Below, piece by piece: positions 43,813 through 56,700 of a stretch of 64,000 nt of DNA. Both the position numbers and the translations under genes were made by a program. How positions within the stretch are numbered: the stretch's first letter is position 1; each line of letters starts with the position of its first letter. The notes below the pieces were generated by a model. It saw only the letters and a program-made list of their open reading frames with translations. It was not told the origin of the DNA and did no database searches. This DNA is from Macrostomum lignano (taxonomy: Eukaryota), in NCBI GenBank assembly GCA_002269645.1, contig NIVC01000709.1, positions 310,001 to 374,000 of the forward strand, in the 5' to 3' direction.

Positions 43813-44209
43813 TTGCGAACAGTATTGGGGTGCTTTTGTGCTCACGAGTCAGCGGAACGGGAGAATTATCATTATATTATTATTATAAGTAGTATAGAAG
43901 GGATGCGCAAGTTGAAATTAATTTACCCTCTAGTGTGTCATGCAGTGCAAGGAATCCCTTAGGCTCGAGAGCAGTACTGTACATGCGGGCCATTTATTTG
44001 TAGTCAGAAAACTGTACAAAGATTAATGCTTTAACAGCATTCATAACACTGTCATATCACTGTCACTGTCATAAGTCATAAACACCCAAGCAGTATGAAA
44101 CCCGCCGCACTAATCCTTAATTACTCGACTTTTTTAAAGGCTGAGCAAATTATGTGCCCTCCAGAATCCCTGCGACTTCAATTTTAAGCCACTGTCAAGT
44201 CACATCATT

Positions 44210-44500
44210 GGGGGTTGCAGCAGCCCAGTGGTTAGAGCGTCGGATTCACAACTGAAAGGTCGGGGGTTCGATTCTCGACCCACTCGGAAAAATTTGTGTC
44301 CTTTAGCAAGATACCTAACCCTGCCTTGCTTCAGATCAACCAGCTGTAAAATGGGTGCCAGCATTAGCTGGGGTCATTGGGGGTTTGTGTGGCGACCCCC
44401 CAGTCCTTGGACTGAACAGCCGTATGCAGCCATCAGATGCGCGGCGCAATAGCTGCGGCTGAGCTGTCGTTTGCACATCTGCTTGTTAGTTGTTATTAAT
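44210..44500 (+). mobile_element. CORE-like SINE (family A), copy 2
   Basis: Homologous along its length to 11539-11849. Confidence 0.85.
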
Positions 44501-44970
44501 ATTATGAATATTACTATTAATTGCAAATTTCAAGTTGCCGGGAGATGACATGAAGGTCACTCCATGCGTTGAAACCGTCAGGAATAAGTTCACCTCGCTA
44601 GCCAGTCGCGAATTTTAATCAGACCACCAGTTTTCCGTCATCGTTTGATCTTCGCCGCGGGCGGTTTCTTATCGCCGCTCTGTCGGCTCACCCTCGAGGC
44701 AGAAAAAGTTGTTCAACTTTAACTTCAATTCCTTGGCAGATTTGAGTGCAAGCGGTGGAAACTTTTGGCTGGCAGTGAGGCAGCCAATCTGGTAGCTTCA
44801 TTGGCCACCCTGACCGGGGACAGGGGCAGGTGCTGGGCAGCGCGGCTGCTCTAAAAAGCTGCAATTAGTGGCGAACTCCAGGCCTGCCCAAGGTACGGAA
44901 AACAGCAGGTGCCTGTTGCATTGGTTCGAGTTTGCTGGTCTGAGAATTTGCCTGATTTGCACACTCAGCC

Positions 44971-45279
44971 ATGGCCTCCAAGGAGCTTGACGTCACCCCT
45001 GACGAGGCGAAAGCCAGATCGGACAAAATTGTCGGCGATCTGCACGACAAAGACCCCGACGGGGTGAAGAGCATGTACGACAGCTGGAGCGGTAGCTATG
45101 AGCTTGTGAGTGACCGGCTGCCAAGAACAGAGCTATAAACTTTCTATGAATGCTTATGCCTTTTGACCTCAGCAGTTTCCCCAAGAATTTTTCTCTGCCC
45201 AACAAATTAATTTCCATTTTTCCAATCCAGTTTGTTCTTTCGGCGTACTGCTTGCCTTGCTAAAGATAGCGTACCCGCG

Positions 45280-45326
<47 letters not shown>

Positions 45327-47228
45327 CAGTTGCGCTCTTAAAAGTGTCAACCATGCAGAGCACCCCCAGCTGTTTTTTTGCACCCTTCCACTTGAGCTAA
45401 ACAGCACTCCAGCTAAACCTGGTACTCAGATAAATTCACTGCTCAAGCTTAGAGAGCCTTTTCATTTATGATTATAGCGTAGTTTATTTTTTAAAAATTA
45501 CAAGCCTTCCGATTCATAATGGAGCAGCAGCAGCAGAAACAGCCGTTGGCAACCGAAAGCATTGCCAACGCCTTCTTTGCCCAGTTCGACACAATGACAA
45601 GCAGCGGAGCGAAGACATCAGAGATGTACAGCGGCTTCGCTGGAGAGTACGAGCATGTCAGTAGACACGCCGGATGTCTCAACCTGAGATTTTTACCTGT
45701 TAGGGAGTGAGGATTGTAGCCTTAGTGCTTAGAGCGCCTGACTCGCAACTGAAAGGTTGGGGGTTCGATTTTCGACATGCTCAGAATAATTTTGAGTCCT
45801 TGAGCGGGACACTTCACTCTGCATTGCTTCAGTTCACCCAGCTGCAAAATGGGTGCCAGCATTAGCAGGGGTAATTGAGGGTGTGTTAGGACCCCTCGAC
45901 GTGACTGAACAGCCGTAGGCAGCCTTCAGATGTGCCGCGCAATAGCTGCGGCTGAGCTGTCGGTTGCACATCCGCCCATTAGGGCAGGTGTATTAATTAT
46001 TATTATATTATTATTAGGAATCGTAGTTCCCATACTTCTTTCAGGTTGTCGTTCTTTCATCCTCCCACAGGACCTGCTGAACATGAGCCACGGCTACACT
46101 CATCCCCAGAAGATTGCCAGAGTGGCGGACACCCACCTGAAGGACAAGAACGCCAGAATTTTGGATGTCTGCGCCGGCACAGGCCTTGGCGGAGTTGCCG
46201 TGAGTGCCCTATGCGCTGGAATTCCTACTGCTAGTAGCAGTTCGCGTCCGACCAAAACCTTCCAACACACCGTGACTTTTTTCTACTCCCGCAGCTGAAG
46301 GAGCTGGGCTTCACCAACATTGACGCTATCGACGGCAGCCGAGGCATGCTGGACCTGGCGGCCAAGAAGCAAATCTACAAGAACCTGTTCGAGGAGCTCA
46401 TCGGCAGCGACTCCGTCAAATCGGTGGAGCAGGGTAATTCAGGGTCCTCCAGTAGCTGTCCGGTCTCTACCCGCTGCTGACACCTCTCCGCTACAGACAC
46501 CTCTCTATCCGCTACAGACAAATCTCTATCCGCTACAGACACCTCTCTATCCGCTACAGACACCTTTCTATCCGCTACAGACACCTCTCTATCCGCTACA
46601 GACACCTTTCTATCCGCTACAGACACCTCTCTATCCGCTACAGACACCTTTCTATCCGCTACAGACACCTCTCTATCCGCTACATACAACTCTCTATCCG
46701 CTACAGACACCTCTCTATCCGCTACATACAACTCTCTATCCGCTACAGACACCTTTCTATCCGCTACAGACACCTCTCTATCCGCTACAGACACCTCTCT
46801 CTACCCGCTACAGACACCTCTCTATCCGCTGCAGACACCTCTCCATCGGCCACAGACACCCACCATCTACACTAAGCTACCACTGACACCTGCTATTTAT
46901 TTAACATCGATAGCTTTTCTGGCAGAACATTCCTCATTCGGTCACCCAACCTGCAGCCTCTTACGACGCCATCGTGACTTCGGGCTCTTTCCTGCCGGGC
47001 CACCTGGGCCCGATGCACCTGAAGCCGTTGGCTCTCACGCTAAAGAGCGGCGGCCTATTTTGCATGGCCATGCGCGAGGAGTACCTTCGGACGGACTACC
47101 TCCTTGACCTGGAGCCCACCATGGACCGGATGGAGGCCGAAGGCATCTGGCAGAAGGTGCAGAAGGGCATCATGGAGCACTATTACAATGACCTGCCTGG
47201 CGTGTTCTACGTCTATAGAAGAGTCTGA
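44971..47228 (+). CDS. METTL27: METTL27/WBSCR27-like SAM-dependent methyltransferase (4 exons, about 224 aa)
   Basis: Exons 44971-45105, 46071-46199, 46295-46433, 46957-47228. Motif I ILDVCAGTGLGG, IDAIDGSRGML, YDAIVTSGSFLPGH, LKSGGLFCMAMR. AATAAA at about 47286. Confidence 0.85.
45519..45656 (+). CDS. Candidate alternative first exon (1b) of the methyltransferase
   Basis: ATG start, 46 codons ending EMYSGFAGEYEH|gtcagt in phase 0. Parallels SMYDSWSGSYEL|gtgagt of exon 1a. Confidence 0.6.
45703..46015 (+). mobile_element. CORE-like SINE (family A), copy 3, intronic
   Basis: Homologous to 11539-11849, with a (tat)n tail. Confidence 0.85.
46480..46860. repeat. 21-bp minisatellite (cagacacctctctatccgcta)
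   Basis: Fills methyltransferase intron 3. Same unit as 31835-32160. Confidence 0.92.
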
Positions 47229-47552
47229 ACCGATCAAGTTTGAAAACTTTGCACGGAAGCTCTGACGTTTTTAGAGATATTGAAAAATAAAATATCATTG
47301 CCTCGGAGAATCTGTTATCAATGAGCTCACATTATTGGCTAATTTCTGCTTGCTTTTTACTGAGTCCAAAAGGATCGAGTTTATTTCCAGTTAGATTTAT
47401 TGGATTGAGTAGCCGAAGTCTTCTCATATCTCTGGGCCGTAAATTGACTTGAAAAGTTTGCCAGAACTTCTTCTCATCACGGCCATTGCGACATTCCTCC
47501 AGCTCTTTAAGCGACATTGTCACACAATCAGCAAAAGGCATTCATTACTGCC

Positions 47553-47712
47553 CATTCCGCCGACTCCCCCGGCCTGAGCAGGCACACAAACGCGCGGATA
47601 CGTACGCAGTCATACGCACAGGCACACACTCACACGTGAGTGTACAGCGGCCCTAACTTTATTTATCGTTAGGCATGTACATTTCACTGTGCCTTGGGGA
47701 TTGGCTCTCAAG
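47553..47712 (-). mobile_element. SINE family B internal fragment
   Basis: Reverse complement of about 26228-26375. Confidence 0.75.
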
Positions 47713-47801
47713 ACTACTACTAGTATGCTACGATCCTCCCGTAAATGTTGATTTGCTAAACAGTGATGGCTAATAAATGTGGCACTGATTAAGCTGGTTA
47801 C

Positions 47802-48030
47802 CTGCAAAGTACACCGCTGCATCTCCGCCGCCACCAGCAGCCAGGAGCAGCTCAGCATCGGTGTACACGAAGGAGCCTCCGCCTCCGCCGGACACGCAGC
47901 TGCCAGAGCAGACCTGCCCCAAGTATTCCACGTTATTCGTGCCCCACTGGCCAACAACAAAGGACAGCACGGTGACAGCCGAGAGATTGAAGAACCCATC
48001 GTATGCGCGGGAGTTCGTCGACATCAGGAC
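47802..48030 (-). pseudogene. Second, truncated glycine-rich-domain-like exon
   Basis: GFFNLSAVTVLSFVVGQWG...SGGGGGSFVYTDAELLLAAGGGG, with donor gcag|gtaacc. Paralogous to 33395-33600. Confidence 0.6.
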
Positions 48031-48879
48031 TGAAGAAGTTACATGTACGCGTCATTGAAACCCAGCAATACAGGATTTAATGTAGGATAAAACAGACAGT
48101 CAGTGCAAGCTTACAGAGCACTATCCAGTAGATGACGGCCTGAGCAGACATTTCCTTACTTCAGAATTGCTTGCCAATTGCTGCTTATGCTGTACTTTTC
48201 TCGTCGGAACTGAATGAACTGCTTGACTTTTCGATTGTAACGGAATCTAATTCGCTGATGCATGCTTAAACAGTGGATTTAGGGCAATCTGTAGTGGCTG
48301 ACATCAAAATCATTGGATGTAATCCCATCAGGTTGAAATGGAAAATCCTATTACTTTTAATCCTATTCCAAAAAAATTACCCAGCGCACTGCTTCTGGTT
48401 GACTGAGTGCGGTTTTTCTTGCAATAGAAATATTCTATTTACCAAACGAATTTTAACTGATTGATTTACACTAGTCAAAATGCGCAAAATACGCTCGTAC
48501 AATAAAGCCGTTGCCATAATAAAGATGTTTCGCTTTTCAATTTGTTCGTTACTTTTCGTTTTTGCGCCCTTTAAAGTGTTTAATTCTAAAGATCGAGTGT
48601 ACCGGCATGGAAAAATTCAGTCAAAATATAGTTTTGAGAGACTATGTTGCCAAGCAGGCCCGTTTGATTTTTTGAAGTATTGTACGCGATTGCATGATTA
48701 TTTTTCAAAGTTTGAAAGTTTTAATTTGACCAGCTGTTGTCGGTACACGCGATTAGTAGGCGTATGTGTATGTGTATGCTTGGCATTCAGCTACATGTAC
48801 ATATAGATCTATTGAGCATGCAAGGTTATAATTGCTAGTAGGCTGTGTTCATGCACATGGAGCAAGATTAGCCCCAGAA

Positions 48880-49260
48880 TTGTGGACCTGATGCTAGGCT
48901 GTCGAACCATTGGCTTGTGATCGAAGCACTCGACAGAGGTGAACACCCAAAGGACATTGCAAGATTGCTGAATGTAAAGGAAAAGATGGTTTACAGCATC
49001 CATCAGCGCGTTGAAACCACTGCCGGCAGAGATTGTCTGCGAAAGGGTGGCAATCGCGGGATCGTCAAGGCAAGTTGCTCGAGAGCCTCAAGTCCAACTG
49101 CTACTCGATGCAGTTGAGACGAACCCTTTGTTGACGATGCAGAAATGCAGCAGAAGTTGATCAAGAAACAGTTCCAGTTGGTTATCAGATTTCGGCTATC
49201 GGCAGAGCTCTGGGAAAGCGACTGAAAATAGTTGGTAGACACGCTGACATCCAAACTAAA
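48880..49260 (+). pseudogene. Tc1/IS630-like transposase N-terminal (HTH) remnant
   Basis: IEALDRGEHPKDIARLLNVKEKMVYSI...KGGNR, then after a frameshift LLLDAVETNPLLT..MQQKL...ISAIGRAL. Confidence 0.55.
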
Positions 49261-49367
49261 TGGCACTGTGCCAGCCTTTCTACCATAGACAAAAGCTCCA
49301 TTACATTAGTAAACCTATCTTGGATTAAATTCAATGCGCGTAGGCCCAAATGGGCTGCAAAAAGCTA

Positions 49368-50334
49368 TATTATAATATTCCTTTTTTGCGGCCTGGTTGG
49401 TCCTGCAAGCTTTCAATTTAATCATGGATACGGAAATCAGACTTGCGAGACTTTTCTGTCTATAGTCGACACTCGCTGGCATAGCGGAGTCCAATTTACT
49501 CCTGGGGGCATCAATTTGATCATTCTAATCATATAACGTTAGATATCCTGTGTTGAAACAAAATTCGCTTCCTCTGCAACCCTTTTTAGGACAAGGATTC
49601 GCCACTCTCGTAGCGAATGACCATCAGGCGGAGTGTCCAGCTCTTCTTGCAATTGTGGTTGAGCCAGCTGGCGTTGATGGCTGCCTTCAGGCAGGCGTGT
49701 GCGTTCTCCACAGGATTGAGGAACTACGAGTAAGGAGGCAATGTCACCAGGCGCCAAGCGGGCTGAAATTGATCTGGGATTGTCACTCCATGATGAAAAC
49801 GGGCGTCATCCATTATCACACAGAACTCCTCGCCATCAGGTACATCACCACGACTCGTCACGCTTTGCACCAGATCATTGATGAACGTCTGGAACCTGGA
49901 TGCCATCATAGTCTCTCTGAGGATCGTATGATGTAAAAGACAAGCTAAAAACAAGTTACGATGACAGTAAAAATGTGCATTGAAAACATAGAATGATCAA
50001 ATTGATGCCCCCAGGATTAAATTGAACTTCGCTATGCCAGCGAGTGTCGACCATCAGAAAATTTTCAGTCTCGCAAGTCTGATTTCCGTATCTATGATTA
50101 AATTGAAAGCTTGCAGTACCAACCAGGGGCGGCGGAGCCTAATATTTGAGGGGGCACCGGGCAAAGGGCAAGGGGGGCACAGGTACCTTTATAAGCTGCT
50201 AATTAGGACCTAAAATCAGAAAAAGCACTAAAAATTACCACGTGGACTCATTCTCTGGGGGGCACGTGCCCCCGGTGCCGCAAGCTCCCGCCGCCCATGG
50301 TACCAACTAAACCGCAAAAAGGAATATTACAATA
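49368..50334 (-). mobile_element. Non-autonomous Tc1/IS630-like element with TIRs of about 150 bp and a DDE-domain remnant
   Basis: Inverted repeats 49368-49525 vs 49990-50123 plus 50308-50334, with TA at both ends. Minus-strand VIMDDARFHH...LPPYS*FLNPVE. Confidence 0.8.
50124..50299. mobile_element. hAT-type MITE nested in the right TIR of the Tc1-like element
   Basis: TIRs caggggcggcggagc / gctcccgccgcccatg and perfect 8-bp TSD gtaccaac. Confidence 0.85.
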
Positions 50335-50764
50335 AAGTAATGATAATGTAATGATGTAATTCATACGTTTATGTGAATTTATTTATTAATAAAGTTACTT
50401 GGAGTCATGAGTTACTATAATTAAATTTATATTTTGTTTACTTATGAAATTTTACGTGCAAAGCACAGTACTTTGTATTTCTATTTGTTTTAGCGCCTAG
50501 ACCACAGAAATAAACAGAATCCTCGTTTAAATTTTTGTTTTTCAAAGAAACAAGATTTATTTTGCGCCATCACGGTCTAAATCACTGCGCAACTCATATT
50601 AGATATTAATGAGGTAGAATCTCTCCCGAAGGACTGTTACAACAAAATAAGCGAAAGAATAGCTTTACTATAAGTCTGGCGAATCTCTTCTCAATTTTAA
50701 CGTTCTTTATTGCAACAATTTCCTAATCAATCAATATTTAAAAGCAACCTAAACAAATATTAGT

Positions 50765-53700
50765 ATGGCGGAACAGAACGATAACAACGATTCACATAAT
50801 GTCATTCCAATTAATTTTCAAGAGCACTTCCAGGTATGTTTTTCTTTATGATAGTCTGCATTTTGATTATTTGCCTAAGTTTAAAAATCAACAATATTTT
50901 GTAACTTACTTAATAGCTTGAATATAAATTATTCTGTTTTTAATTTTAGTTTTCTATGGCAATATTTGTTAAATTTATTAGTAAAAAAAAAAAATAAATT
51001 TATTACTATTCTTAAATTAGAAATATCAAAATAATAGTGATAACCATAAGCTGTAAATAATTCCTAACTTTTCAATTTCTAAGAATGTTTATAATAATTT
51101 TAAATTATTGGACCTAATATATGTTAATAAGTGGACTATAAAATGCCTTTTATAATGTACTAATTATCTTAAAATCATTTTTATATATGTTAATATTTAA
51201 AGCATAAATTTACTACACTAAAAATTAATGTAGCCAATTACAATTTGTCCATAATCTCTTTACTCTATCATATCAAAGACCTAGCATAAATTATTTTATA
51301 TTGTTTTTGATTTGATAGCTAATGATATTTTCTTTTTAGTTTGAATGCGTGCTTTGATAAATAAATATTAATTTTACTATGCATATAGAAACAAAACTTT
51401 GATATCTATCCATATGATTATTTTTATAGATATCATAAAAGTGGCAGTTTTAGTAAATAGGGTATCCATAATTGCCATAACTATCAATTTTTATCATAAA
51501 TATTATAGAATTCTATAGCTTTAGCCTCAATCCTTTTAGAAAAAAGATTGAAAACCTGTAGCTGCCTATGCTTAGTATGTAAGAACAGATGATTTTGCTA
51601 CAAGATATATGTAGCAAATCTTGTACATTTGTATTTGTAGTACAATCTTGTGTATTGTATTACACTACAATTTAATGATGCTGTGGGTAAACAGTGGGAG
51701 TAACTATAAGTGCCTTAAAACATTTAAATTATTTGTCATCCAATTAGTGCTATATAAATACCTTTACAAACCTTAATTTAAACAAAACCATATATTTACC
51801 AAATACAGCTCACGGACATTGGTGTGAGTCAGGCCAGTATTGGCTTTGCCACCCTCACCATGGAGTCCGACAAGTACATCTGTGCCAGGGAGACAGTGAA
51901 TGACGCTGTGCAGCTCACCATCATTGATGTGGCTGACTATAAAAACCCAATCAGAAAGCCGATTGCTGCAGACAGCGCCATCATGTGCCCAACTACTCAG
52001 GTCTGCATTGATTGCTTTTTGTATAGCTTTTTAAGTAGACTGGCATTTTAATATCTGCCTCACTGGCATCTCAATAACTGCCCCAATGGCATCTCAATAA
52101 CTGCCTCACTGGCATCTCAATAACTTCCTCACTGGCATCTCAATAACTGCCTAACTGGTATCTCAATAACTGCCTCACTGGCATCTCAATAATTGCCTCA
52201 CTGGCATCTCAATAACTGCTTCACTGGTATCTCAATAACTGCCTCACTGGCATCTCAATAATTGCCTCACTGGCATCTCAATAACTGCTTCACTGGTATC
52301 TCAATAACTGCCTAACTGGTATCTCAATAACTGCCTCACTGGCATCTCAATAACTGCCTCACTGGCATCTCAATAACTGCTTCACTGGCATCTCAATAAC
52401 TGCCTCACTGGCATCTCAATAACTGCTCTAATGGCATCTCAATAACTGCCTCACTGGCATCTCAATAACTGCCTCACTGGCATCTCAATAACTGCTCTAA
52501 TGGCATCTCAATAACTGCCTCACTGGCATCTCAATAACTGCCTCACTGGCATCTCAATAACTGCTCTAATGGCATCTCAATAACTGCCTCACTGGCATCT
52601 CAATAACTGCTCTAATGGCATCTCAATAACTGCCTCAACTGGCATCTCAATAACTGCCTCACTGGCATCTCAATAACTGCCTCAACTGGCATCTCAATAA
52701 CTGCCTCACTGGCATCTCAATAACTGCCTCACTGGCATCTCAATAACTGCCTCACTGGCATCTCAATAACTGCCTCACTGGCATCTCAATAACTTCCTCA
52801 CTGGCATCTCAATAACTGCCTCACTGGCATCTCAATAACTTCCTCACTGGCATCTCAATAACTGCCTAACTGGTATCTCAATAACTGGCTCACTGGCATC
52901 TCAATAACTGCTTCACTGGCATCTCAATAACTGCTTCACTGGCATCTCAATAACTGCCTCACTGGTATCTCAATAACTGCCTCACTGGCATCTCAATAAC
53001 TGCCTCACTGGCATCTCAATAACTGCCTCAATTGCATCTCAATAACTGGCTCACTGGCATCTCAATAACTGCTCACTGGCATCTCAATAACTGCCTCCTT
53101 GAGCCAATCCAAGCCCACGACATGGTCAACAGTCACCGCTACAATCTCACGCTCTGTCCCCCCATTTTCCCAGACCATCGCCCTTCGAGCCGGCCGCAAC
53201 CTGCAACTCTACAACCTGGAGAAAAAGCAGAAACTCAAAGCCCACGTCATGGACGAGGACGTCATCTTTTGGAAGTGGGCCTCCCCTGTAGTCATCGGCA
53301 TCGTGACGGAGCGCTGCGTGCTGCACTGGCGGCTGGACAACGATTCGGGCCCAGTGAAGGTCTTCGATAGGCATTCGTCTCTGGCCGGGTGCCAGATTAT
53401 CAACTACAAGTGAGTCTGCTGGCATTGCAGGAAGGGTTTCACTTTGACCAACCTTCCTAATCTCCCTTCCCAATCTCCCTTCCCAATCTCCCTTCCCAAC
53501 CTCCTTTCCCAATCTCCCTTCCCAATCTCCCTTCTCAATCTCCCTTCCCAACCTCCCTTCCCAACCTCCCTTCCCAACCTCCCCAACCTCCATTCCCAAC
53601 CTCCATTCCCAACCTCCATTCCCAACCTCCATTCCCAACCTCCATTCCCAACCTCCATTCCCAACCTCCATTCCCAACCTCCATTCCCAACCTCCTACCT

Positions 53701-56700
53701 TCCCAACCTCCCTTCCCAACCTCCTCCCTTCCCAACCTCCTCCCTTCCCAACCTCCTCCCTTCCCAGCCTCCCTTCCCAACCTCCCTTCCCAACCAAGGG
53801 CTTCCCAGCTAATTGATGTGCCCGCGCACGGACACGGAGTCGAACCTGGGTCCGTTGAAGCCAGAGTCGGACTCATTAACCGCTGAGCTGGTCTCCACCA
53901 AACCCAAACCCTGCCCTTCCAGATGCGACTCCACGGAGAAGTGGCTGGTGCTGGTGGGCATCGCCGCCCAGCAGGGCCGGGTTGTGGGCGCCATGCAGCT
54001 GTACTCAGTGGACCGGCGGGTCAGCCAGCCGCTCGAAGGCCACGCGGCCGCCTTCGCCCGCCTGAAGCCGTCAACCAACCAGGCATCCCAGGTGAACGTG
54101 TTCTGCTTCTCAGTCCGGTCTGGCGGGGCCGGCGGCAAGCTGCACGCCATCGAGGTCGGCCAGCTCGGCAGCGTTGCCGCGCCCTACGGCAAGAAGCAGT
54201 CGGACCTGTTCTTCCCGGCCGAGATCGAGGCCGATTTCCCGGTTGCTATGCAAACCTCGGACAGGCTCGGCTTGGCCTACGTTGTCACCAAGTTTGGCTA
54301 CATTCACGTGTACGACTTGGAGACCGCCACGTCCATCTATCTGAACCGCATCAGCGATGAGACCATCTTCGTCACCGCGCCCTACGAGCTCACTGGCGGC
54401 ATCATAGGCGTCAATAGGAAGGGACAGGTGAGGCTGGCTGTGGGGACTCTTTGGGGAATATTGTGTCTGCCTCCGCTAGCTGCACCCTTCACTAGCAGCA
54501 CCCTCCGCTAGCTGCACCCTCCACTAGCTGCACCCTCCGCTAGCTGCACCCTCCACTGGCTGCACCCTCCGCTAGCTGCACCCTCCACTGGCTGCACCCT
54601 CCACTAGCTGCACCCTTCACTAGCTGCACCCTCCACTAGCTGCACCCTCCACTAGCTGCACCCTCCGCTAGCTGCACCCTCCACTGGCTGCACCCTCCGC
54701 TAGCTGCACCCTCCGCTAGCTGCACCCTCCACTGGCTGCACCCTCCACTAGCTGCACCCTTCGCTAGCTTCACCCTCCACTAGCTGCACCCTCCGCTAGC
54801 TGCACCCTCCACTAGCTGCACCCTCCGCTAGCAGCACCCTCTGCTAGCTGCACCCTCCACTAGCTGCACCCTCCACTAGCTGCACCCTCCGCTAGCTGCA
54901 CCCTCCGCTAGCTGCACCCTTTACTAGCTGCACCCTCCACTAGCTGCACCCTCCACTAGCTGCACCCTCCACTAGCTGCACCCTCCACTGGCTGCACCCT
55001 TCACTGGCTGCACCCTCCGCTAGCTGCACCCTCCACTAGCTGCACCCTCCACTAGCTGCACCCTCCACTAGCTGCACCCTCCGCTAGCTGCACCCTCCAC
55101 TGGCTGCACCCTCCGCTAGCTGCACCCTCCACTAGCTGCACCCTCCGCTAGCTGCACCCTCCGCTAGCTGCACCCTCTACTAGCTGCACCCTCCGCTAGC
55201 TGCACCCTCCGCTAGCTGCACCCTCCACTGGCTGCACCCTCCACTGGCTGCACCCTCCACTGGCTGCACCCTTCGTTAACTTCACCCTCCATTAGCTGCA
55301 CCCTCCACTAGCTGCACCCTCCGCTAGCTGCACCCTCCGCTAGCTGCACCCACACTAGCTGCACCCTCCGCTAGCTGCACCCTCCGCTAGCTGCACCCTC
55401 CGCTAGCTGCACCCTCCGCTAGCTGCACCCTCCGCTAGCTGCACCCTTCACTAGCTGCACCCTCCACTAGCTGCACCCACACTAGCTGCACCCTCCGCTA
55501 GCTGCACCCTCAGCACCATCTACACAGTCTCCTCGCCATCCCCAACCCAGGTGCTCTCAGTCAGCATAGACGAGGACAACCTGGTGCCGCACGTGCTGAC
55601 GGTGATGCGCAACGACCAGCTGGCCCTGGCGCTGGCGGCCCGCTGCGATCTGCCCGGAGCCGGCGAGTTGTTCGCCAAGAAGTTCCAGGACTTTCTGGAC
55701 GCCAAGTCCTACATTGAGGCCGCCAGAGTGGCCGCTGCCGCACCCAGAGGCTCTCTGCGAACGCCGGAGACAATTCGTCTGTTCCAGGTCAGGCTGCTGG
55801 CTACCGCCTGGGACTGCCAGGGGAGATGAGAGACTAGGAGAGGGAGATGAGAGATTGGAAAGGAAGATGAGAGATTGGAAAGGGAGATGAGAGACTGGGA
55901 GAGGGAGATGAGAGACTGGGGGGAGATGAGTCACCGGGAGGGGAAGATGAGAGACTGGGAGGGGAGATGAGAGACTGGGGGGGGAGATGAGTCACCGGGA
56001 GGGGAAGATGAGAGACTGGGAGGGGAGATGAGAGACTGGGAGGGGGAGATGAGAGACTGGGAGGGGATATGAGAATCTGGGAGGGAAGATGAGAGACGGG
56101 GGAGATTAGAGATGAGGGCAAGAGATGGGAAGCAGGGAGCAGAGAGACGAGAGAGAGGCAACCAGAGGCTGAAGAGCGAGTTCTGCCGATTGACCAACTG
56201 CTCAATCCAGCTGATTCCCATTGACCAACTGCTCAATCAAGCTGATTCCCATTGACCAACTGCTCAATCAAGCTGATTCCCATTGACCAACTGCTCAATC
56301 CAGCTGATTCCCATTGACCAACTGCTCAATCCAGCTGATTCCCATTGACCAACTGCTCAATCCAGCTGATTCCCATTGACCAACTGCTCAATCAAGCTGA
56401 TTCCCATTGACCAACTGCTCAATCCAGCTGATTCCCATTGACCAACTGCTCAATCCAGCTGATTCCCATTGACCAACTGCTCAATCCAGCTGATTCCCAT
56501 TGACCAACTGCTCAATCCAGCTGATTCCCATTGACCAACTGCTCAATCAAGCTGATTCCCATTGACCAACTGCTCAATCCAGCTGATTCCCATTGACCAA
56601 CTGCTCAATCAAGCTGATTCCCATTGACCAACTGCTCAATCAAGCTGATTCCCATTGACCAACTGCTCAATCAAGCTGATTCCCTTTGACCAACTGCTCA

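Noticed and set aside
47332-47541. 69-aa minus-strand ORF resembling a retroelement linker
   Set aside because: No diagnostic motif or flanking structure.
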